Below the pieces are notes generated by a model that saw only the letters and a list, made by a program, of their open reading frames with translations, was not told the origin of the DNA and did not search any database. Positions 40,421 to 51,608 of a stretch of 64,000 bases of DNA are shown in pieces. How positions within the stretch are numbered: the first letter of the stretch is position 1; each line of letters opens with the position of its first letter. Source of the stretch: Chrysomallon squamiferum (lineage: Eukaryota > Animalia > Mollusca); contig CM022665.1 in NCBI GenBank assembly GCA_012295275.1, positions 27,342,001-27,406,000 on the forward strand, read 5' to 3'. A program made the translations under genes and the position numbers.

Positions 40421-42769
40421 ATAGACCTTCATATTGTGGAAAGGTAGTACCCTCTGACATTAGATATATATATATATTTTCTCCAGTATTTTGTGAAGAG
40501 AATCCTAACATACATATATATATATATATATACACACACGCGCATGCATGCGCACACATATAAAGATAGACAAGTATGTATGTATATTTATAAGTATATA
40601 TTTACCTGAGTATGTATTGTATGTTCATATTTTCATTGTTTAATAATAAAAACAGAGATTTCAACGCCCATCTAAAAGCTAGACAGTGAGGACAGAGTTA
40701 AATGTTTTGTAGTAAGGAGGAACATGATGCTACACACTGTCACCTGATTCCCAGACCTGTCACTGGAGACTGGTTTATCCATGATGGCAGGCGACAGGTT
40801 CTATGTCTAGCTTGCCTGGGTGTAATGGAGCTTGAAACTCATACCAGAAAGTTCTAATGGAATAATCCTTCATGGTGTTGACTTCAGACACTGTTGTGGT
40901 TTTACTGTCTAAAACACATTCATCTGAATCAAGTTAAACATCAAGCTGATTAATCACAAAACTGTTTGTAATAAAAGTTATATATATATATGTATATATA
41001 TAAAAAAAAAATTTTTTATAAACTTTTAAAGTATTGTGTAAATCGAGTTATGGTAATACCATGCTAATTAATCTGAAAATTGTTTGGTAACAAAGATCAT
41101 TAAAAAAAACCAACAACAAATAATTGGGATTTTTTGTTATTGTTGATTTTTTAAATTATTATTTTATTTTATTTATTATTTTTTACCCTAGATCATAATA
41201 TATTTGTGTGAAACAAATTTAAACAAATTTTCTTATTTAAATGAGATTTTTAAATTGTCCTTACATGTACTTTATTTCATTGAATGAAAATGATTGTAAA
41301 AAAAACAACAAAAAAAAACTTATAGAAGTAATATTTACACTTGTGTAGTTAATATATGGAACAAAGTGTAAAAAAAAATGTTTTATTTTTAACTTTAAAA
41401 TAGACGCACATTAAAAATAACATTGCTTTTACAAAAAAATAAAAATTTGAAATGCATCTTTAAGCATTTTAAACATTTATGTTAAAATACTTATCACATC
41501 TGTTTTGTTTGCATTCCCATATTATTTTTACCCTCTTCTTTTTTCTTTTTTTTTATTGATAAATAAAAATGAAAAACCAGCTATACAGTAAACTGCCCAG
41601 ACAAATAATATTTAAGTTTAAACAGTTTTAAAATTTGTTCAGACAGTTTTAAACTATTAATTTTTATTTTTTTATTTTTTATATATTTTTTTTAATTCTG
41701 AATCTATTATTTTCATAATAATTTCTTCTTTTTTTTTCTCTGTCATTTCTTTGGATCTAATCCAACTGTGTTTAGCATCACATTTTATTTTATACTCTTC
41801 TTCTTATCACTGTTTTAGAAAGAAAAACATTTGTTGCTTGCTTATCAAAAAACTGAAAGTAAAATCAGACTGTAAATAAGACTTTCATTTGAGAATCAAC
41901 AAACTGCTGTCTAGTTCTTCCCCATAAAAACATCTTAAAGATGGAAGTTTTTATTTTATTCCCTTGCTCACTTTTTTCTCTTCCATAAAATGCCTGTAAT
42001 ATGTAACATTAGGAAAGTGTGTGTGTGTTTTGGGGGGTATCTGGGTTTTCTGAGAATTTTTATTTTTAATTTAATTATTTTTTTGGTAATATCTTTACAC
42101 AGATAAATAATGTCTTTGATAAGTTGTTACATTTAGAATGTTTATTTTGCTGGAGGCTTTTTTAACATTTGATAGGAAATCTTTTTTCTTTTTTTCTTCT
42201 TCTTCTTAGAATTTTTACCATATGTGTAGGTATGCTGAGTGTGTGTAAATTAAAAGGTAACATTAAACACTGATATATATTAAAACAAAATTATTAGGTA
42301 TGATAGATATTTAACATTTGATGCAGACTATTTGTCTGGAAATTTATTTTTTATTTTAATGTTTTAATAGTTGTCTAGGTAAGTAACATTTGGCATGAAA
42401 ACAAGTAAATAGTATGAAGAAAAAAAAAATTGTTTGTACATGGTCTCTGAAGACATGACTCCTAACATGAAATTCTGTCAACCCGAGTAAACCAGGCATT
42501 GCTGAGAGGTGAATTTTCACTTACACTCATCCCAAATTAGAAACACTTTTCTGATTTATTACCTGTTATCAGTTGTGTTCATGCGTTGAGTGTTTGCCAC
42601 ATGTACTTGTTCATCACAGCACGGAATCTTGATTATCAAGCAGTCCAGAGAGGATAAACACACCTTCTGCTAATACTATTTGATTTTTCCAAGGTTTCCT
42701 GACAAATGCTAGCCTTGGTTCTTTTAATATTCCACTCTATGTAAACACTCAACATTTATAGTGTCATCA

Positions 42770-43280
42770 TGGCATTTGATTGTTTTAAGTATGTATGGTA
42801 TCCAGTTGTCTCAGTTTGTATTACATTTGATCATTTTAGCCTATATATAAATTTTTATGGTTATAGTATCTCTGCGGTATCTGGTTTTTAAGTCTGTGTG
42901 GTTTCCAGTTAATGTGTATTTGATGATTTCAGTCTGTAAACTCAGATAGTTTGTACTATCTCTTTGGTATCTGGTATTTTACATCTGTGATATCCAGTTA
43001 TTTCAGTTTAATTGATGATATGTAAACTGATGCTTTATGGTATGTTTATGATATTTTTGGTGTTTTCAGTTTAAATGGTACCCAGTGATTTTAATTTGGA
43101 TTGTATTTGGTTAATAATTTCAGTCTATATAAATTCTAATTTGTACAATTTCTTTGGTGTTTTTAAACCGTGTGACATCCAGTTGTTTTAGTTTGTATTG
43201 CATTTGATGAGCTATATAAATTCTTATCTCACTGGTATCTAGGATTTTAAGTCTACATGATACTTATTGATTTTGCTCTG
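42770..43280. repeat. Old degenerate tandem repeat (recurring tatctctttggtatctgg..tttaagtct..tccagtt..tttgat)
   Basis: About 4-5 diverged copies visible by eye; the period is irregular. Confidence 0.65.
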
Positions 43281-45719
43281 TATCAAGGATACAAGTACAC
43301 AGTAATTTTTGTTTTCATGGTATTTGAAAATGTTTGTTTATAATAGCTATGGTAATTTAATGATTGTGTGGTGTTTAGTGATACCAGTTTGAATGCTAAT
43401 TTAAGTTTTATAAACATCTTATGAACTAAAGTTTATGATTTCAGTATTTGATAGCTTCGGACATGTTTCTATCTGAATATTTTGGTTGAGTCTAGATTCA
43501 ATGATTAATAAATCAATGACATTTTGTTTCTGAATTATGTTTATTTGTTTCAAACACTCATTTTTTTCTCTCTCTCCAATCTCTTCTATTTCTCCTTCTT
43601 TCCGAGTCATTTGTTTTAACTGATTGCAATCCTTCAGGTTCATTTTAATATTATTTATTTCCTTTTGGACCTACAACTTTATAACTGAAACCACAGTTCT
43701 AATATATAGAAGAAGCAGAACATTTATTTATTTATCAATATATTACTAGTAGGTGGGAAAGAATTTACAGCTTGATAACAACAATTGGTTGCATTTTTAA
43801 AAAGTAAATTTTCTTAAATTTAACCCTTTTCTTCCAAATTTTTGGTTTTATTTTAGGTAGAAAATTTAGCAAATGCTTTGACAGAGATTATAGCTAAGTG
43901 ACATTTTGTATGAAAAAAAAAGATAATAAAAATTAAATTCATTTAATCTTGTAAATTATTATCCACCACAATGAAGCCACATCTCTTTTCTGAAATACTG
44001 CTGAAACATGTTGAAATATGTAACTTTGTTTTTTCATTTTTTTTATATTTTTTTTTTTAAATTTCAGACACCATCTGAATTAGAAATCTTTCTATAATAA
44101 TTATCAGCTTTAAAGACTTCATAGCAGAAATCTGTTAGACATATCATATTTTATATCTCTGTACGTCTGACAAAATTATTACGTTTTTAACCTAATAATA
44201 TCAGTTTGTTTAAAAATATAAATATTTGATATTCAGCCAAAACAAGATAAATTTCATCCTATCTGTAATATGAGTTTTTAATATGCAACAGGTAGTGTGT
44301 AAGTTTGATGTGCAATATTTTATTTCTGATGAAAGATTTGCTGCTTTTTTCTTCTTCTTCTTCTTTTTTTCTTCTCATTTTTCTCTTCTTTTCTCACCAT
44401 TTTTTCAATCATTCTTACCTAATTTTTTCTTTTTCTTTATTTCTTTTCTTCTTTATTTTTTCCCTTTTTCATCACACTTACCTTTTCCTTTTCTTTCATT
44501 ACCTAATTTTTCTTTTTTTCTTTCTTTCATTACCTAATTTTCCCCTTTTTCTTTCTTTTAAAATAAATTCTCACTTTTTCATTCCTATCTTAGCCTCCTT
44601 CTTTTTAATTTTTTTTTTTAAAATAAAGAAAATTACAGACAGTGTACAAACTCAGTATAGTTGTGTGTTTTATCTCCTGCTGTGTGTAACATTCTTTTTT
44701 ATGTGATAATGAAAGATTTTTAAAAACAAACCTTTTTTGTCTTGGCATGACTCATTTATCATTTTAAAACACAGAAACCACATCATATTCCTTCGTCTAT
44801 TGCATCAGAGAAAATGTCTTGACAATAAATTAGTAAAACAACCAAAAAAATAATATCAGATTAAAATAAATAGAATAATAAAATAAAATAATAATAAATA
44901 TTATTGTTGAACGTTTTTATTATTTTTTTATTTTTTTGTAAGATTATTTCTTCACGTTTAATGGTCTGTTTGTGATAAAATAAAATAAAAAATTTGTTTT
45001 TTTTTGTTATTAAATTTTAAAATCGGAGAGGCAGTCAGGATTTTATTATATAAGTAATTACTATTACTATCTGTGTGTGTGTTTATGTCAAAGACAAAGA
45101 TAAGAAAGACAAAAGAGATGAACTAACAATGAAAAAGGAAAAGACAGATTAAAGAAAAGAAGGAAAGATAGTCTATGGCTCAGACAAAGAGACAGACAGG
45201 GATTTATAAATTTAACTGAATTATTCTACAGTGACAAAATGTCTACATAAATTTTTAACAGAAAACAAAAAGAAAACATTATTTAGATGGCAGCTGGGAT
45301 TTAGTAATGAGGTTAGATTACTTACATATAAATGGCAGCCGCGATTCAACAATGAGGTTACTTTCTTACTTTGAAAACATTCATTATTGTAGATCTGTCA
45401 TGCTTTAAATCCAGCATATTAACCAACAAAACCTTTTTCATTGCTGTGCAATCACTTTATTTAATCATACAGGCTCTACACATTTTACATCTTTTGTCAC
45501 TGAAACAAGTTCTGTGTTGTCCACATAATGTGGTATGATGGTGACAAAGTTAAAATGGTTTTCTTGTCAGCTACTTGATCTTCAGAACTGTTACTTGATT
45601 CCAGAGCCTGTCATCAGAGGTTGTGGCCACACAATGACAGAGAATGTATTTGTTGTAATGTCTTAAAGTACTGCTTTGCAGATTCTGAACAATTCTGTAT
45701 CATTATCATTAATGTGAGC

Positions 45720-45950
45720 TATTGTGGTTACTGTTATTGTCGTCATCATCATTATTATTATTACTGCCATCATTGTCATATTTTTTTTTAAATCATTTTA
45801 ATATTACTTTATTGATAATATTACATGCATTAATTGGTTTATTGTTATTATTATTGTTATTACTTCTACTTCCATCTTAATCATTGTCATCATTGTTACT
45901 GATACTGTTATTGTCATTATTTCTGCTGCTCCTTTTTTTCATCATCATCA

Positions 45951-45986
<36 letters not shown>

Positions 45987-46040
45987 GATTATTATTATTA
46001 CTGTTGCTGTTACAACTATATCTACTATTATTATATATTA
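45720..46040. repeat. Degenerate trinucleotide (ATT/CAT/GTT) low-complexity tract upstream of the microexon
   Basis: Directly visible; contains many TCAT/CCAT tetramers and no AG dinucleotide. Confidence 0.85.
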
Positions 46041-46122
46041 AATAGTAACATTACTAATAAATTTTGCTGGGTTATAAAATCTTATTAAAATTAATTCACT
46101 GTTTTATATTTGTCCCCTGCAG

Positions 46123-46134
46123 ATGGCATAATTG
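46123..46134 (+). CDS. TRIM9: Candidate 12-nt microexon ATGGCATAATTG (phase 1-1), inserting D-G-I-I between COS box and FN3
   Basis: gttttatatttgtcccctgcag|ATGGCATAATTG|gtaagt. Length is a multiple of 3, phase matches both flanking exons, there is no stop codon, and there is no AG for 75 nt upstream. Confidence 0.75.
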
Positions 46135-47819
46135 GTAAGTATTTGTATTTATGTACCAGATTAGCATTCTGGTATGCAGTGAATGTGATTAAAACTTTTT
46201 GTTTCGTAGATATACCCAGCTTTTATTTTATTTTATTTAAATCTTATTGTCACAGTGCATTAATGTGTCCTTAATTAATCCCTGCTTAACTGAAGTTTAT
46301 TATCACTGTTAGCTGAGTTTTACATGTTCAGTTTTTGTCTTTGTTTTCATTGTTATTATTATTTTTCACGCTGGAAGTTTTTTGTCTTAGTTGATTTTTT
46401 TTAATAACTGAAGTGGTCATTTGTACTGGGACTTCTTGTATGTTTCATAACCATTCCTTTATTTTTGCATGGCTGTAAGTTGTTGTACTTTTATCCTGTT
46501 CTAATTTTTTATTTTTTTATTTTTTTTTTTAATTTTGTGATGAGAATTTCTTTTTGAATTGCCAATAAAGGCTCTCATTTGTCACTTATTGAAGAAGGCA
46601 AATGCACCATGCTAATGACATTAGAGAACAAAACTAGTGCTTAATTATTCTTGTGACAGTCGCAGGCATGAAGGATCAGCACCATGTTCCCTTGTTTCTA
46701 TGGTCCCTGCTTTAAGGGAACACAGATAATAATGCCTCATGAAAAGCTTCCATCCTGTCACCTTTTGCAGATGTATTCTTACAGTAACTATGAATACTTC
46801 AGAACTAACCCTTTCCATTTTGCTAGTATAATCTATCAGACTTTGGGCAAAGGAAAAAAGCACATAATTTTTTTATATCTTTTTTTTAACAAGATTAGGA
46901 TGTGGGACTTTGGCATTACGTCAAACGCTAAACACAATTTACATAACAAGGTTTGTGTAAGCAGAGGTGTTACCCAGGCACCTCTTGTACCAGTAACTTA
47001 GTTATCAGCTTCAAACTTTGTTAGATGTCTGCATCGATTTTCTTCATGGTTTTACATCTGATGGTGTGATATACAAAGTCGTATTTAATAGCTCTTCCTT
47101 GTAAATGTGAACGACAAAGCATGCAGTCGCTTATCAGATTAGTGCCAGGGAGTGGGATGGAAAAGAAATCAAAAAAACTTTTACAAAAGACATATTTTGA
47201 ACAATTTACAACAAAATTATACAGAGAAAAAAAAATATATCAGGCCGGTGTTGTGTGTTTCATTAATTTAAAGATTTCAGTTTCGTTTTAAAATGTGTTA
47301 ATTTAAAAAAAAGTAATAATAATAATAATTACAAAACTTTAAAAAGATTTTTAAAAATGAAAAATTTAAACATTTTTTGTGAATCAATATATTCTGTCTT
47401 CACACCACTGGCACTTTAATTATTGTAATAATGTGTAATGGTAGCAGCATATATATCTTTATATATACACTTTGGTTGTCAAACTGTTTAATGTGTTAAA
47501 CATATAAACTGAGAAAAATACATTTCCCAAGTATCTTTTATCTGTAAGATATTATTTTGTTTTATTACTTTGTGTAGGCTAATGTTTACATTGACAAATT
47601 TTATTATTAAAATTAAGATATGAATTTTTTTGTATGTATATGTATATATATATATATATATATTTCATACATAAATATAACATACATGTTGTTTTTTCTC
47701 CTTTTTTTTATGATTAATTTCTGTTGATGAATATTATAATATATATATTATTTTTTACAACTTTTATTAATAAAGTAATGCAACTGTATATTTGTCACTT
47801 TTCTAGAAGATAATTAAAC

Positions 47820-48075
47820 TATTACAGTTTACCCACCAGTACTATTACTGTGAGCTGCCAGTATGGTTACTATGTGCCTATTAGTAATGCTACAGTGTGC
47901 CTACTAGTACTATTACAGTGTGCCTACTAGTAATATTAGTGTGCCTACTAGTAATATTACAGTGTGTCCATCAGTTCTGTTATATTATGTCCAACAGTAC
48001 TGTTACAATGTGCCCACCAGTACTGTTACAGTTTACTAAACAATACTATTAAAATGTACTCACAACCACTGTTAA
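47820..48075. repeat. Minisatellite of about 23 bp (cagtgtgcctactagtactatta)
   Basis: About 10 diverged copies. Confidence 0.88.
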
Positions 48076-50099
48076 TAATTGCATTCAGTTCTTTTGTTTT
48101 TCCAAAGAAAAATTACATGTTTTGAGGGGTGGTGGGGTGGGGTTGTGTTATTTTTGATAATTTTTTAATAATATTAGATATGACTGTTTGTTATTCCAAA
48201 GACTGTAGTGAAACAGTGTATCCAGATTACTGAATATTTCTTTTCTTACAATCTTGTTTCAAGTATTCATAAAATAGTATATTTTGGGGTTATTACTGTT
48301 GCTGTCTAGCATTTTTACACAGTCTGTAAATCAAAATTCTGTATGGTTTAGTTATTGCATCAGCTGGAAAATTAATTAGATTATGTTACAGACAGTGATA
48401 AGAAAAAATCAAATTAAATTATTTTAAAAAAAAAAATAATAATGAGAGTTAGATGTTATTGTCATAAAAATTGGTTCCAGTGCAAAACAAAAAATTAAAA
48501 AAAATTAAAAAATTAAATTAATAAAAATGAATATATAATTTTTTTATTAAGAAAAATTTAAATTTTACTGGTTAAGATAAAAATTTATTATAGAGCAGAA
48601 AAATAAAACTTTAAATTTCTTTTTTTAGTTAGAAAAATAAAAATAAATTCACATTTTATTGTGATAAAAAATTTAAAATTGAATATTAATTTTGAAGGTA
48701 AAAATTACTGTTTCTTTCTTTATTTAGAAAAATAGAATTCACATGACAAAAATTGATTATAAATTAAAAAAAAATAATAAAAAAAATTACTATTCAGATG
48801 TTTTATGGATTGGCAGCAGAATTATCGGGTGATTAATTTTTGTTTGTTTGTTTAGAAGAATAAGAGCTACATGTTGTTACAGACTGAATTGATTGTTTAA
48901 AAGTGTGCAATAGAAAACAATCCTCGTTTTCTCAACCAACCCAAAACAAAATACAGCTGTAATTTATTGATATTTAACTAAGATCAATTAAGATAATTAA
49001 GCCTTTTTTTTTTTTCTTTTTTTTTTTTCAAAGTATTATTGTATCTGTCTATAGATAAATACTGCACTTATTGACACAGTAGTGCTTAATAATTATGTTA
49101 CAGAAAGATCGATAGTGAACTAATTACATCCTCTTTTTGTGTTGTTGTTTTTCTCTCTAACATCTACCATCATCATAAAATAGATGATTTTTTTTGTTGT
49201 TGTTTTTTTTTAGTTACATTAGAAAACAGATCAAATATTAACATTACTGAACAAAGATGGGTTTGAATAGAAAAATTAAAATTAAAAAAAGAATTAAAAA
49301 TTGAAAAAAGCTAATAATGTATTTTTTTTATTGTTAAAGCTAATTAGTTTTTCAAGATTGTTATTCATTTTTTAAAAGAAATCTGTTGTTGTAATACAGG
49401 TTTAGAATTTGAATCTTAGAACTGTGTAGGTGTAATGAATGTCACAGAAATGTAGGTCATTGTGGCTTATTGGTTAAGAGTTGAACACAGATGTGACAGT
49501 GTCTTAACACCCATCTTGAATTTAAAAATAAAATTTGTTAATTAAAAAGGAAACAATTGGAGAAAGGTCGCATATACTTGACAGATGGGGCATTAACTTG
49601 ATGGTTAACACAGTTTTTATGTTTGGTTTTTTAAATTAAATTTTTGTTTTTAACAGTGTTGGATTTGAATATAAAACTATATAGAAACTGAAAAATAAAA
49701 TGAAAATGCACAAATGAAAACAGTATCCAAATCCTAAGAACTTGATAATAAATAAATAAATTAAATAAAAATTAAAAAATGACATAATAAATTAGAAAAA
49801 TTATCTTGTTAACACAAGATAATCTGTGAAAGAAAAAACATCTACATTTTTGTTTATTTTCTTTACATTTTACTACCTTTTGTTATTTTTGTTGTTCATT
49901 TTCATTATTTTGTTTCCTTTTATCAAATTAAAGTATTCAGATTCATCTAGTAATATTCACATGATTAAAAACAAAGATTAAAACAAAATAATCCTTAATA
50001 TTCAGTTTCCTACTCTGAAGACAGAATTGTTTTGCAAAACAGTTTATAATTTATTCCAGTTTACTTGATACTGTTGCTGGCTTGAATGGGGAGATAACT

Positions 50100-50660
50100 C
50101 CATGCCTTATCACCTCTCGAAAAGGCTTGGACATATCGTGATAGATTACGCTAAGTTTTATAGTACCATTAGCAATCGATCCTCTTTTCTTATTCTCCTC
50201 ATTCACGTGGGTATGGTGTCAGTACATAAAACTAGACAACTAGTAACACAGACATATTACAACTTGTTGACCGATTTCATTCACTTTCTTTTTTTTTTTC
50301 AATTTTTTTTTTTTTTTTTTTTTATCCAAAGCACACTTCCACACTGATTTGTCGACATGTCAGGTTTGAATGGAATTTGTTCTTGAAGGATTTAGATGTA
50401 GTACCATTAAATCAATATTTATCAGAATGATTTCTTTGGAAATTAGCTTTCCAGACCCATGCATACAAATGCAGTGCCCAAAGCACGAGTTTGCACTGTT
50501 TTTCTTCCACCACATTTGGTTCGATAGTAATTGCCCTTAAATCAATATACGAGAATGGTAAGTTCAAACTAATGCTGACAAGACTTTTTCGCCGAGGGAC
50601 AGATGCATCTCCCGTCAATTAGCGAACACAGAAAATATCCCACCATCGCATTCCGTTAAT
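50100..50660. promoter_or_regulatory. CpG-retaining intronic island with consensus splice donor at 50558 (candidate regulatory element or alternative exon)
   Basis: 16 CpGs counted in about 540 bp against a strongly CpG-depleted background; ATG|gtaagt at 50555-50563. Confidence 0.5.
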
Positions 50661-51468
50661 TGTCTAATGCATAATTTACAGTGTTGCATGTTCAATATGT
50701 ACAACAGTCACAGCTTGTTAGAAGCAACAAATTTTTAATCTTTATTTTCTTTTCTATTTTTTTTTTTTTTTTTTTTTTATTTCAACTTTTTTTTTTTTTT
50801 TTTTGCTGATTTCATGCTTTGTCTGCTGGGTAGTGTTTTTTTTAAAAACTTCTAATGTTAGATTATTTTTGTGTTAATAATTACTTAAGTAATTACTGTA
50901 GAAAAGAAAAATGTAAAAAGTAGTAAAAAATAAATGTAGATTACATCTTACAAGAGTGATAACTCTTATCTTAATTAAAACAATTACTGATATATAAATT
51001 ACCTGTGCTATTCAACAGCAGTGTAACACATTTAATTGTTGTCTAGACAGTAAACTGTTGATAATGTATATTTAGGCATTCTTTCTACAGTTCATATCTG
51101 TTTCTTTATAATTATGTTTGTTAATAGGGTACAGATATATATTTGTGAATAGTGCATACAGTTAAATTTGTGAGTAGTACAGTTACAATGTGGGTAATAC
51201 ATACTGTTATATCTGTAATGCATATAATAATGTCTTGAGTAACACATGCAGTTATCTATGTGAATTATGTAGAGTTGTATAGACAATTACAGTTATGGAT
51301 AGTACATACTGTTTGATGTGGTAATTATTAATGCTACATACATGAATACACAAATATGTTCTATTTATTACTATCTTTCTGCTTCAAAGGAAAGAGGGAA
51401 AAAAGAACTAAATACATCTCTTGTCAAAAATAATTGCAAAAATGTAATAAATCATTTCATTTCTGCAG

Positions 51469-51608
51469 CACCTGGCCAACCATTCATCATACCTGAAGAA
51501 TGCAGTGCAGAAAACAACAGCATCACGATTGCATGGCAGAACTACCTCGGCAGCATTGTGGAGGCCTACACCCTGGAACTGGATGATGGCAATGAAGGTG
51601 ATTTCAGG
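51469..51608 (+). CDS. TRIM9: TRIM9-like coding exon, FN3 N-terminal half (APGQPFIIPEECSAENNSITIAWQNYLGSIVEAYTLELDDGNEGDFR), phase 1-0, 140 nt
   Basis: Acceptor tcatttcatttctgcag| and donor AGG|gtaagt; CSAENNS and YxLELDDG motifs of the TRIM9/67 FN3 domain; within ORF 51318..51629. Confidence 0.96.

Noticed and set aside
43826-43865. Strong acceptor-like tract followed by AG|GTAGAA as a ratchet point (similarly CAG|GTAATC near 5860)
   Set aside because: The regenerated donor is a poor match to GTRAGT.
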